Source: Burkholderiales bacterium
GTDB lineage: Bacteria; Pseudomonadota; Gammaproteobacteria; Burkholderiales; SG8-39
Reading direction: 5' to 3'
Assembly: GCA_038319115.1 (NCBI GenBank)
Contig: JBBQCV010000003.1
Location: forward strand, 1 to 52,670
Length of the DNA stretch: 52,670 nt
Below the pieces are notes generated by a model. The model worked only from the letters and a program-made list of their open reading frames with translations, was not told the origin of the DNA and did no database searches. The position numbers and the translations under genes are program-made. Of this stretch, positions 1 to 8,826 are shown in pieces; position 1 is the first letter of the stretch, and each line of letters opens with the position of its first letter.

Positions 1-3
1 CGC

Positions 4-12
4 TGCTATCAT
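4..12 (+). promoter_or_regulatory. putative extended -10 promoter (TGcTATCAT)
   Basis: TGn-TAnnnT match 10 nt upstream of the ATG at 23; the -35 region lies outside the window. Confidence 0.4.
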
Positions 13-22
13 CGCGCCCGCC

Positions 23-928
23 ATGCGCCCGAGCGAATCCCTTTTCTTCGACATCCGCGGCCTGCGCTATCACGTCAGGCGATGGGCGGGCGATGGCGTG
101 GGCGAACCAGCGCGCCGCATGGTGCTGCTGCACGGCTGGATGGACGTCTCGGCCTCGTTCCAGTTCCTCGTCGATGCGCTCGATCCGGCGTGGGAGGTGT
201 ATGCCCCGGACTGGCGTGGCTACGGCCTGACCGACTGGGTCAACGCCGACGCGTACTGGTTCCAGGATTACGTCGCCGACCTCGACCATGTGCTCGAGCG
301 CATCCAGCCCGGGTCTCCCGTCAACCTCGTCGGACACAGCCTGGGCGGCAACGTTGCCTCGGTGTACGCGGGGACCCGCCCGGAGCGCATTGCCCGGTTC
401 GTCAACCTCGAAGGCTTCGGCATGGCGCGCACCAGCCCCGAGCAGGCGCCCAAGCGGCTCGCGCGATGGCTCGACGAGCTGCGTGAGCCGCCGACGCTGC
501 GTCCTTACGACGGCTACGCTGCGCTGGCTGACCGGATGCAGAAAAGCAACCCGCGCCTGTTGCGCGAGCGAGCCGAGTTCCTGGCCCACCACTGGGGGAA
601 GGAGGGCCCGGACGGTTCGGTCCAGCTGCGCAGCGACCCGGCCCACAAGATCGTCAATGCGACGCTGTCGCGCCTCGAGGAAATGCTCGCTTTCTGGCAG
701 CACGTCACCGCCCCGGTGCTGTGGGTGGACGCGGCGCAATCCAAGACGCTCAAGCAGATCGGCATCGATTCCGAGGATTACGCGCATCGCCGCGCGGCCT
801 TCAGGAATTTGCGCTACGAAACCGTGCAGGACGCGGGCCACATGCTGCACCACGACCAGCCCGAGGCGGTGGCCCGGCTGATCGAAGTGTTCCTTGCGTC
901 GCCGGCCGCTACACAAGGGGCGGAGTGA
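23..928 (+). CDS. alpha/beta fold hydrolase
   Basis: HGWMD oxyanion motif, PDWRGYG, GHSLG nucleophile elbow, C-terminal AGHMLHHDQPE catalytic His. Confidence 0.9.
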   Translation: MRPSESLFFDIRGLRYHVRRWAGDGVGEPARRMVLLHGWMDVSASFQFLVDALDPAWEVYAPDWRGYGLTDWVNADAYWFQDYVADLDHVLERIQPGSPVNLVGHSLGGNVASVYAGTRPERIARFVNLEGFGMARTSPEQAPKRLARWLDELREPPTLRPYDGYAALADRMQKSNPRLLRERAEFLAHHWGKEGPDGSVQLRSDPAHKIVNATLSRLEEMLAFWQHVTAPVLWVDAAQSKTLKQIGIDSEDYAHRRAAFRNLRYETVQDAGHMLHHDQPEAVARLIEVFLASPAATQGAE

Positions 929-1776
929 TGGGCGCCGCGCGCAGGGATTTCGACCTGCACTGCCATTCGTCGGTTTCCGATGGGGCCATGCGGCCCGCGG
1001 CGGTGGTCGCGCGTGCCGCCGCGCAAGGCGTAAACGTGCTCGCGCTGACCGATCACGACGAAATCGGCGGGCTCGACGAAGCGCGCCAGGCGGCGCGCAC
1101 GGCAGGCATCGAATTCATCAATGGCGTCGAAGTGTCGGTCACGTGGCGCGGCACCACCGTGCACATCGTCGGCCTGCGCATCGATCCGGCGCACCCGGCC
1201 ATGATCTGCGGCTTGGAGTCCGTGCGCAGCGGCCGGATCGGTCGCGCGCAGCGCATCGGCGAGGAACTGGCCCGCGCGGGAATCAAGGGCGCGTTCGAAG
1301 GCGCGCTCAAGTTCGCCGCCAACCGCAGCCTCGTCGGGCGCACGCATTTCGCGCGCTTCCTGGCCGAGATCGGCGTGGTTCCCGATTCCAAGTCCGCCTT
1401 CAAGCGATTCCTTGTGCCCGGCAAGCCGGGCTACGTCGCGCACGAGTGGACCGACATCGTCACTGCGGTGGGCTGGATCCGCGCCTCGGGCGGCCGTGCG
1501 GTGCTCGCGCATCCCGGCCGCTACTCGTTGTCGGCCGGCGCGCTGGCCGACCTCCTGACGGAGTTCCGCGCGGCGGGCGGTGAGGCGATCGAGGTCGTCA
1601 CGGGCAGCCATTCTCCCGACCAGTACGCAATGTTCGCGGCCATCGCCGCAGACCAGGGCCTCCTCGCCTCGCGTGGCTCGGACTTCCACGGCCCGGGCGA
1701 AGGGAACGCCGATTTCGGCACCCTGCCGGCGCTCGACGCGCGGCTGACCCCCGTGTGGCACGATTGGCCGGTGTGA
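928..1776 (+). CDS. PHP-domain phosphoesterase (TrpH/YciV family)
   Basis: DLHCHSSVSDG, LALTDHDE, GVEVS, LAHPGRY, GSDFHG motifs; ATG at 928 overlaps upstream TGA (TGATG). Confidence 0.9.
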   Translation: MGAARRDFDLHCHSSVSDGAMRPAAVVARAAAQGVNVLALTDHDEIGGLDEARQAARTAGIEFINGVEVSVTWRGTTVHIVGLRIDPAHPAMICGLESVRSGRIGRAQRIGEELARAGIKGAFEGALKFAANRSLVGRTHFARFLAEIGVVPDSKSAFKRFLVPGKPGYVAHEWTDIVTAVGWIRASGGRAVLAHPGRYSLSAGALADLLTEFRAAGGEAIEVVTGSHSPDQYAMFAAIAADQGLLASRGSDFHGPGEGNADFGTLPALDARLTPVWHDWPV

Positions 1777-1779
1777 GGC

Positions 1780-2415
1780 ATGGCGCAGTTTTTCAGCGTC
1801 CACCCGACGCATCCCCAACCGCGCTTGCTGCGCCAGGCCGCCGAGATCGTGCGCAAGGGCGGCCTCATCGCGTACCCGACCGATTCCTGCTACGCGATCG
1901 GATGCCACATCGGCGACAAGGATGCGATGGACCGCCTGCGCGGCGTGCGCGGGCTGGACGACAAGCGCCACCTGACCCTGATGTGCCGCGACCTGTCGGA
2001 CATCGCCACGTACGCGATGGTCGACAACGTGCAGTACCGGTTGCTCAAGGCGGCCACGCCGGGGAGTTATACGTTCATCCTTCGCGCCACGCGCGAAGTG
2101 CCGCGGCGCCTCATGCACCCGCGCCGCAAGTCGATCGGCGTGCGCGTGCCGCAGCACCCGGTGGCCCATGCGCTGCTGGCCGAACTCGGCGAGCCCATGC
2201 TCTCGGCCACGCTGCAGTTGCCCGGCGATGCCACGCCGCTGTCCGAAGGCAGCGAGATCCGCGAACGGTTGGAGCATGAACTCGACCTGATCCTCGACGC
2301 CGGCCACTGCGGCATCGTGCCGAGCACTGTCCTCGACCTGACCGGCGAGGCGCCCGTGGTTTTGCGCCAGGGAAGCGGGCCGGTCGAGATCCTCGGCCTG
2401 GAGCCGGTGGGCTAA
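1780..2415 (+). CDS. Sua5/YciO/YrdC family protein (YciO-like)
   Basis: MAQFFSVHPTHPQPRL, AYPTDSCYAIGC, PGSYTFIL, IGVRVP motifs; follows PHP gene as in yciV-yciO. Confidence 0.9.
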   Translation: MAQFFSVHPTHPQPRLLRQAAEIVRKGGLIAYPTDSCYAIGCHIGDKDAMDRLRGVRGLDDKRHLTLMCRDLSDIATYAMVDNVQYRLLKAATPGSYTFILRATREVPRRLMHPRRKSIGVRVPQHPVAHALLAELGEPMLSATLQLPGDATPLSEGSEIRERLEHELDLILDAGHCGIVPSTVLDLTGEAPVVLRQGSGPVEILGLEPVG

Positions 2416-2469
2416 GTTCCCGCCCCGCCGTCGGCTCGCTGCGGCCGGGCCGGGGCAACCGGGCCGATC

Positions 2470-2478
2470 TGTTAAAAT
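2470..2478 (+). promoter_or_regulatory. putative extended -10 promoter (TGtTAAAAT) for the S2P-trpS-scpAB-rluB operon
   Basis: AT-rich TGn-TAAAAT in GC-rich intergenic DNA 26 nt upstream of ATG 2505. Confidence 0.5.
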
Positions 2479-2504
2479 CGCGCGCTTAAGTTCGTCCCAC
2501 GGCG

Positions 2505-3158
2505 ATGGAATTCAATCAACTCATACAGACCATTGCCATCTACGCGCTGCCGGTGCTGTTGGCGATCACGCTGCACGAGGCCGCGCATGGCTACGTTGCC
2601 CGCCATTTCGGTGACATGACGGCATTTGCGCAAGGGCGGGTAAGCCTGAACCCGATGCGTCACCTCGACCTGGTGGGCACGCTGCTGGTCCCGCTGGCGA
2701 TGCTGCTGCTCTCAGGCGGCCGGTTCCTGTTCGGCTGGGCCAAGCCCGTGCCGGTCAACTACTCGGCACTGCGCAAGCCCAGGCAGCACATGGCGCTCGT
2801 AGCCGCGGCCGGGCCGGCGGCCAACCTGGCGATGGCGATGGGCTGGGCGCTGATGCTCAAGACCGGCCTGGTGCTGCCCGAAACCAGCTATTTCGAGCCG
2901 TTGGTGCGAATGTGTGAGGCGGGGGTGCGCGTGAACCTCATTTTCATGTTCCTCAACCTGCTGCCCATCCTGCCGCTCGATGGCGGGCGCATCCTCGCCA
3001 GCCTGCTGCCCAACCGCATGTCCTGGCAGTACGCGAAACTCGAGCCGTGGGGATTGCCCCTGCTCCTCGTGCTGGTGGTCACCAACATGCTCGACGCCGT
3101 GCTGGCGCCGCTGCTGATGTTTTCCGAATCGCTGATCCACGCGTTCGTATTCCTTTAG
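2505..3158 (+). CDS. site-2 protease family (M50) membrane metalloprotease
   Basis: HEAAH zinc motif, AGPAAN, NLLPILPLDGG; hydrophobic. Confidence 0.9.
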   Translation: MEFNQLIQTIAIYALPVLLAITLHEAAHGYVARHFGDMTAFAQGRVSLNPMRHLDLVGTLLVPLAMLLLSGGRFLFGWAKPVPVNYSALRKPRQHMALVAAAGPAANLAMAMGWALMLKTGLVLPETSYFEPLVRMCEAGVRVNLIFMFLNLLPILPLDGGRILASLLPNRMSWQYAKLEPWGLPLLLVLVVTNMLDAVLAPLLMFSESLIHAFVFL

Positions 3159-3170
3159 AGTCCCGAGCCC

Positions 3171-4373
3171 ATGTACGAACCACGAGTCCTGTCCGGCATG
3201 CGCCCCACCGGTGCGCTGCACCTGGGGCACTACCACGGCGTGTTGAAGAACTGGGTGCGGCTGCAGGCGGAATACCCGTGCCTGTTCTTTGTCGCCGACT
3301 GGCATGCGCTCACCACCAACTACGACGAAACGGCCGCGATCGAGCAGAACACCTGGGATATGGTGGTCGACTGGCTGGCCGCCGGGGTCGACCCGGCGCA
3401 GGCGACGCTCTTCATCCAGTCGCGGGTACCTGAGCATGCAGAGCTGCACCTGCTGCTGTCGATGATCACGCCGCTGGGCTGGCTCGAGCGCGTGCCGACC
3501 TACAAGGACCAGCAGGAAAAGCTCTCCAACAAGGACCTGTCGACCTACGGCTTCCTCGGCTACCCGCTGCTGCAGTCGGCCGACATCCTCATCTACCGGG
3601 CCAACATGGTGCCGGTGGGCGAAGACCAGGTGCCTCACGTTGAATTCACGCGTGAAGTCGCGCGGCGCTTCAACCACCTGTACGGGCGCGAGCCCGGCTT
3701 CGAGGACAAGGCCAAGGCGGCGGTGAAGAAAATGGGCAGCAAGAAGGCGCGCCTTTTCAACGAATTGCGCACGCGCTACCTGGAGCAGGGCAACGACGAA
3801 GCGTTGGGCTCGGCGCGTGCGCTACTCGACGAGACGCAGAACCTGCAGCGCGGCGACCGCGAGCGCCTGTTCGGCTGGCTGGAGGGCAGCGGGCGCAAGA
3901 TACTTGTCGAGCCCGATGCGCTGCTGACCGAGTCCTCGCGCCTGCCGGGCCTGGACGGGCAGAAAATGTCCAAGTCCTACGCCAACGACATCTCGCTGCG
4001 CGAAGAGGCCGCCTCGGTGACCAAAAAGATCCGCACCATGCCCACCGACCCGGCGCGCGTGAAGCGCACCGACCCGGGCAATCCCGATGTCTGCCCGGTG
4101 TGGCAGTTCCACCTGGTTTACTCCGACGATGCACGCAGGGAGTGGGTGCGCAAAGGCTGCACCACGGCCGGGATCGGCTGCCTCGATTGCAAGCAGCCGG
4201 TGATCGACGCCGTGCTGGCCGAGCAGGCACCGATGCGTGAGCGCGCCCAGACCTATCTCGACGACCCGACGCTGGTGAGGAACATCATCGCCGACGGCTG
4301 CGAAAGGGCCCGTCGCCTGGCCACCGAAACGATGCGCGACGTACGCGAGTCGATGGGGCTGGCGGCGTCCTGA
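3171..4373 (+). CDS. trpS: tryptophan--tRNA ligase
   Basis: SGMRPTGALHLGH (HIGH-like), VPVGEDQ, KMSKS. Confidence 0.97.
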   Translation: MYEPRVLSGMRPTGALHLGHYHGVLKNWVRLQAEYPCLFFVADWHALTTNYDETAAIEQNTWDMVVDWLAAGVDPAQATLFIQSRVPEHAELHLLLSMITPLGWLERVPTYKDQQEKLSNKDLSTYGFLGYPLLQSADILIYRANMVPVGEDQVPHVEFTREVARRFNHLYGREPGFEDKAKAAVKKMGSKKARLFNELRTRYLEQGNDEALGSARALLDETQNLQRGDRERLFGWLEGSGRKILVEPDALLTESSRLPGLDGQKMSKSYANDISLREEAASVTKKIRTMPTDPARVKRTDPGNPDVCPVWQFHLVYSDDARREWVRKGCTTAGIGCLDCKQPVIDAVLAEQAPMRERAQTYLDDPTLVRNIIADGCERARRLATETMRDVRESMGLAAS

Positions 4374-4374
4374 G

Positions 4375-5211
4375 ATGAGCGACGCCTCCCCCCAGGCAGC
4401 GATTGCGCTGGAGGATCCCGACGCCGAGGTGGCGCCGCGTGGCGCCAGGATCTACGGCGAGCGGATCATCCAGCTGCCGCTCGACCTGTACATCCCGCCC
4501 GATGCGCTCGAGGTGTTCCTCGACGCGTTCGAGGGACCCCTCGACCTGCTTCTGTACCTGATCCGCAAGCAGAACCTCGACGTGCTGGACGTCGCCATGG
4601 CGCCGCTCACGCGCCAGTACCTCGAGTACGTGGATGCCGCCCGCGCCAAGAACCTCGAGCTGGCGGCCGATTACCTCGTGATGGCCGCGATGCTGATCGA
4701 GATCAAGTCGCGCATGCTGCTGCCGCGCCCGCCGTCGGCCGCCGGGGAGGAAGAGGATCCGCGAGCCGAGCTGGTGCGGCGTTTGCTCGAATACGAGCAG
4801 ATGAAAAAGGCCGCGAGGAAGCTCGACGAAATGCCGCAGGTCGGGCGCGACGTGCTGGCGGTGTCGGTGTGGATCGAGAAGGCGGTGGTCGATCGCCTGC
4901 CCGACGTGAACCCCCAGGATCTGGCCGATGCGTGGCGCTCGCTCCTGCACCGGGCGCGGCTCTCCGCCCACCACCATGTCACCAAGGAGGAGCTGTCGGT
5001 GCGCGAGTACATGACGATCATCCTGCGCAAGCTGAACGAATCCGGCCTGCGCGAGTTCAGGGAACTGTTCGACCCGGCGCGCGGCGCGCCCATCCTGGTG
5101 GTCACGTTCATCGCGCTGCTCGAGCTGGTGCGCGAGTCGCTGGTGGAGATCACCCAGTCGGAATGTTTCGCCCCGATTTACGTAAAATTGGCCCATGCTC
5201 AATCCCACTGA
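4375..5211 (+). CDS. scpA: segregation/condensation protein A (kleisin)
   Basis: FEGPLDLLLYLIRK, YLVMAAMLIEIKSRMLLP, VVTFIALLEL. Confidence 0.95.
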   Translation: MSDASPQAAIALEDPDAEVAPRGARIYGERIIQLPLDLYIPPDALEVFLDAFEGPLDLLLYLIRKQNLDVLDVAMAPLTRQYLEYVDAARAKNLELAADYLVMAAMLIEIKSRMLLPRPPSAAGEEEDPRAELVRRLLEYEQMKKAARKLDEMPQVGRDVLAVSVWIEKAVVDRLPDVNPQDLADAWRSLLHRARLSAHHHVTKEELSVREYMTIILRKLNESGLREFRELFDPARGAPILVVTFIALLELVRESLVEITQSECFAPIYVKLAHAQSH

Positions 5212-5845
5212 AGCCAAACGCATCATCGAAGCCGGGTTGCTCGCTTCGCAGGAGCCCGTGCCGCTCACCGGCATCCGGCGGCTGTTCGACGAGGAAATCG
5301 GCGCCGACACGCTGCGGCGCCTGCTCGGCGAGCTGCGCGAAGAGTGGTCGGGCCGCGCCGTCGAACTCGTGAACCTTGCCACCGGCTGGCGGTTCCAGAC
5401 GCGGCCGGAGTTCCAGAAATTCGTCGATCGCATCGTGCCGGAGAAGGCACCGCGTTATTCGCGGGCAGTAATGGAAACCCTCGCGATCATCGCGTACCGC
5501 CAGCCGGTTACGCGCGGTGACATCGAAGACATCCGTGGCGTCGCGGTATCGGCGCAGATCGTGCAATCGCTTGAAAACCGCGGCTGGATCGACGTCGTCG
5601 GCCATCGTGAAGCGCCGGGTCGCCCGGCGCTTTATGCCACCACCAAGTCCTTCCTCGACGATCTGGGCCTGCGTTCGCTGCAGGAACTGCCGCCGCTGGA
5701 GGAAGTCGCGAGGACCTTGCCCCTTGAGTCAACGACCCCCGCAGAAACCGCCGTCGAAACCCAGCCGGCGCCCGAGCAACCCGACGACGAAGGCGCGCCC
5801 GAACTCGCCGCTGCGCCCGCCGAGGCGGACGCAGCCGGCGCATAG
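5195..5845 (+). CDS. scpB: SMC-Scp complex subunit ScpB
   Basis: ETLAIIAYRQPVTRGDIEDIRGV, PGRPALYATT, LQELPPL. Confidence 0.95.
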   Translation: MLNPTEAKRIIEAGLLASQEPVPLTGIRRLFDEEIGADTLRRLLGELREEWSGRAVELVNLATGWRFQTRPEFQKFVDRIVPEKAPRYSRAVMETLAIIAYRQPVTRGDIEDIRGVAVSAQIVQSLENRGWIDVVGHREAPGRPALYATTKSFLDDLGLRSLQELPPLEEVARTLPLESTTPAETAVETQPAPEQPDDEGAPELAAAPAEADAAGA

Positions 5846-6686
5846 GAAACGCCCGGAGGCGGACGAGGGCGCAGGCCCTTCCCGCACGCAGACTGCCGTC
5901 CATCGCCGGGCTGCCGCCGCCGCGCTGGCCGAGCCGGTCCGGCTGCAGAAGCTGATGGCGCAGGCGGGCTTCGGCTCGCGCCGCGAGATCGAGGACTGGA
6001 TCACCGGGGGCCGCCTCACCCTGAACGGGCGGCTCGCACAGTTGGGCAACCGAGCCACGCCGCGCGACCGCATCGAGCTCGACGGCAAGGCGCTGGTGTT
6101 CGAGCGCCCGCCGGAGGAAACCCGTGTGCTGATGTATCACAAGCCCGAGGGCGAACTCGTTTCGCGCCATGACCCGGAAGGGCGGCCGACGGTGTTTACG
6201 CGCCTGCCGCAGATCAAGGGAGCCAAGTGGATGTCGATCGGCCGGCTGGACTTCAACACCAGCGGCCTTTTGCTGTTCACAAGCTCCGGCGAACTGGCCA
6301 ACGGCATGATGCACCCGCGCTTTGGCATCGAGCGCGAATACGCAGTGCGCATCCTGGGCGGCCTGAACAACGAGGAGATGGACCGCCTGCGCAGCGGCAT
6401 TCGGCTCGACGACGGGCTGGCCGCCTTCGGCAAGGTCACCTCCGCGGGCGGGGAGGGCGCCAACCGCTGGTACCGGGTCAGCCTCAAGGAGGGACGCAAC
6501 CGGGAAGTCCGCCGCCTGGTCGAGGCCCTCGGCAAGCAGGTGACGCGCCTGATGCGCCTGCGCTACGGCACGGTGGCGCTGCCGGAAGATCTGCGCGCCG
6601 GGGAGTGGCGCGAACTCGCACCGGAAGGGGTTGCGGCGCTGCTGGCCAGCCTGCCGGCCGGAAAGGGCGCCGGGGAGAGTTCCTGA
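5724..6686 (+). CDS. rluB: 23S rRNA pseudouridine synthase (RluB/RsuA family); start uncertain
   Basis: S4 domain RLQKLMAQAGFGSRREIE, GRLDFNTSGLLL catalytic Asp, EGRNREVRR; nearest canonical start upstream of S4 is TTG 5724 with GAGGA 9 nt before. Confidence 0.88.
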   Translation: MSQRPPQKPPSKPSRRPSNPTTKARPNSPLRPPRRTQPAHRKRPEADEGAGPSRTQTAVHRRAAAAALAEPVRLQKLMAQAGFGSRREIEDWITGGRLTLNGRLAQLGNRATPRDRIELDGKALVFERPPEETRVLMYHKPEGELVSRHDPEGRPTVFTRLPQIKGAKWMSIGRLDFNTSGLLLFTSSGELANGMMHPRFGIEREYAVRILGGLNNEEMDRLRSGIRLDDGLAAFGKVTSAGGEGANRWYRVSLKEGRNREVRRLVEALGKQVTRLMRLRYGTVALPEDLRAGEWRELAPEGVAALLASLPAGKGAGESS

Positions 6687-6699
6687 ACCCTCCCCGGCG

Positions 6700-6728
6700 T
6701 TGTTTAGCGACCCAAAATACGTTATACT
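6700..6728 (+). promoter_or_regulatory. sigma70 promoter of the rimP-nusA-infB operon
   Basis: TTGTTT (6700-6705) - 17 nt - TATACT (6723-6728). Confidence 0.7.
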
Positions 6729-6765
6729 TCCAATGATTTATTGATCGAGTCGGCGGATCGACTGG

Positions 6766-6794
6766 AAATGGGCTTTTTGGCCCATTTTTTATTT
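6766..6794 (+). terminator. rimP leader attenuator / intrinsic terminator hairpin
   Basis: AAATGGGC-TTTTTG-GCCCATTT stem-loop followed by TTTATTT, between promoter and rimP start. Confidence 0.7.
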
Positions 6795-6848
6795 CCGTCG
6801 CCCGAATGCCGACTCGAAATGCGACTGGAAACGGATTGGGAACGCTCG

Positions 6849-7283
6849 ATGGGGCCTTTGGCAAACAGGGTGGAGCCTACCCTCGCGGGACTGGGCTACG
6901 AACTGGTGGACGCGCAGGCGGCCAACCACGGGCGGTTTTTGCGCATATTCATCGATAAGCCGGGTGGGATCACTGTCGACGATTGTGCCGACGTGAGCCG
7001 GCATCTGGCGCGGGTGCTGGCGGTGGAGGGCGTGGACTACGACCGGCTGGAAGTTTCGTCGCCGGGGCTCGATCGGCCGTTGCGCAAGGCCGAGGACTTT
7101 GCCCGGTTTGCCGGGCAGATGGCCGATGTAAGGATGTCGCAGGCGCGGCCCGATGGCCGCAAGCGCTTCATCGGCGTGCTGCAGGGCGTCGACGGGGCGG
7201 TGGTAACGATGGAAGTGGATGGCGCCAGGGTTGCGCTTGAACTCGATGGTGTGGATCGGGCAAAGCTCGTTCCGGACCTGTAA
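6849..7283 (+). CDS. rimP: ribosome maturation factor RimP
   Basis: [36 protein letters not shown]; start set at ATG 6849 because the longer ORF runs through the leader. Confidence 0.93.
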   Translation: MGPLANRVEPTLAGLGYELVDAQAANHGRFLRIFIDKPGGITVDDCADVSRHLARVLAVEGVDYDRLEVSSPGLDRPLRKAEDFARFAGQMADVRMSQARPDGRKRFIGVLQGVDGAVVTMEVDGARVALELDGVDRAKLVPDL

Positions 7284-7303
7284 GCAATGGTGGGAGTGGG
7301 AAG

Positions 7304-8824
7304 ATGAGCCGGGAAATTCTGCTTTTGGTGGACGCGCTGGCGCGCGAAAAGAACGTCAACCGCGACACGGTGTTCGCCGCGCTCGAGATGGCTATTGCCT
7401 CGGCGACGAAAAAGCGCTTTACGCAAGACGTCGACATACGGGTTGCCATCGATCGCAACACCGGGGCGCACGAGGCCTTCCGGCGCTGGCACGTGGTGCC
7501 GGACGACACGGCCGAGTACAACACGGCGCAGATGACTTCGCTCGAGGAGGCGCAGGAAAAGAAGCCCGACGCGCTGATGGACGAGTACATCGAGGAGCGC
7601 GTCGAGGACGTGCCGTTCGGGCGCATCGGCGCGCAGACCGCCAAGCAGGTGATCCTGCAGCGCATCCGCGACGCCGAGCGCGAGCAGATCCTCAACGATT
7701 TTCTGTCGCGCGGTGACGAACTCGTTACGGGGACGGTGAAGCGCATGGAGCGCGGCAGCGCGATTGTCGAATCCGGCCGCATGGAAGCCCTGTTGCCGCG
7801 CGAGCACATGATCCCGAAGGAGAACCTGCGCGTTGGCGACCGCGTGCGCGCCTGGGTCATGAAGATCGACCGTTCGGCCCGGGGCCCGCAGCTCATCCTG
7901 TCGCGCACCGCGCCTGAATTCATCATGAAGCTGTTCGAGCTCGAGGTGCCCGAGATCGAGGAAGGCCTGCTCGAGATCAAGTCCGCCGCCCGCGACGCGG
8001 GCGTGCGCGCCAAGATCGGCGTGCATACGAATGACCGGCGCATCGACCCGATCGGCACGTGCGTTGGCATGCGCGGTTCGCGCGTGCAGGCCGTCACCCA
8101 GGAGTTGGCCGGCGAGCGCGTCGACATCGTCCTGTGGTCGGCAGACCCGGCGCAGTTCGTGATCGGCGCCCTCGCGCCGGCCGAAGTGAGCTCCATCGTC
8201 GTGGACGAGGAAAAGCACAGCATGGACGTCGTGGTCGACGAGGAAAACCTCGCCATCGCGATCGGCCGCAGCGGGCAGAACGTGCGCCTCGCCTCCGAGC
8301 TCACCGGCTGGACGCTGAACCTCATGACCCAGGAAGAGTCCGAGAAAAAGCAGCAGGAAGAGGGCCGCAGCATCAAGGACCTGTTCATGGAGAAGATCGA
8401 CGTCGACGAGGAGGTCGCCGACATCCTGATCCAGGAGGGCTTCTCGACACTTGAGGAAATTGCCTACGTGCCGATCACGGAAATGATGGAAATCGAAGCA
8501 TTCGATGAAGACACGGTGAACGAACTGCGCAGCCGTGCGCGCAACGCGCTGCTCGTGCAGGCGATCGCCAGCGAAGAGAAGGTCGAGGGCGTGGACCAGA
8601 ACCTGCTACAGCTCGAAGGCATGGATACCGCGCTTGCGGCCAAGCTGGCCGAAGGCGGGATCAAGACGCGCGACGACCTCGCCGACCTGGCCGTGGACGA
8701 GCTCTCCGAACTCACCGGTGTCGAGGACGAGCGCGCCAAGAGCCTCATCATGGCGGCCCGGGCGCACTGGTTCGCCGACGAACCCGAGGCGCAGCCCGCT
8801 GCCGCCGGGAAGGAGGCGTCCTGA
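7304..8824 (+). CDS. nusA: transcription termination/antitermination factor NusA
   Basis: [16 protein letters not shown]1/KH domains, [13 protein letters not shown], acidic repeats ending ARAHWF. Confidence 0.97.
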   Translation: MSREILLLVDALAREKNVNRDTVFAALEMAIASATKKRFTQDVDIRVAIDRNTGAHEAFRRWHVVPDDTAEYNTAQMTSLEEAQEKKPDALMDEYIEERVEDVPFGRIGAQTAKQVILQRIRDAEREQILNDFLSRGDELVTGTVKRMERGSAIVESGRMEALLPREHMIPKENLRVGDRVRAWVMKIDRSARGPQLILSRTAPEFIMKLFELEVPEIEEGLLEIKSAARDAGVRAKIGVHTNDRRIDPIGTCVGMRGSRVQAVTQELAGERVDIVLWSADPAQFVIGALAPAEVSSIVVDEEKHSMDVVVDEENLAIAIGRSGQNVRLASELTGWTLNLMTQEESEKKQQEEGRSIKDLFMEKIDVDEEVADILIQEGFSTLEEIAYVPITEMMEIEAFDEDTVNELRSRARNALLVQAIASEEKVEGVDQNLLQLEGMDTALAAKLAEGGIKTRDDLADLAVDELSELTGVEDERAKSLIMAARAHWFADEPEAQPAAAGKEAS

Positions 8825-8826
8825 GC

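Noticed and set aside
6741-6848. Long N-terminal extension of RimP from TTG 6741
   Set aside because: Runs through the leader terminator and lacks RimP similarity; conserved sequence starts near ATG 6849
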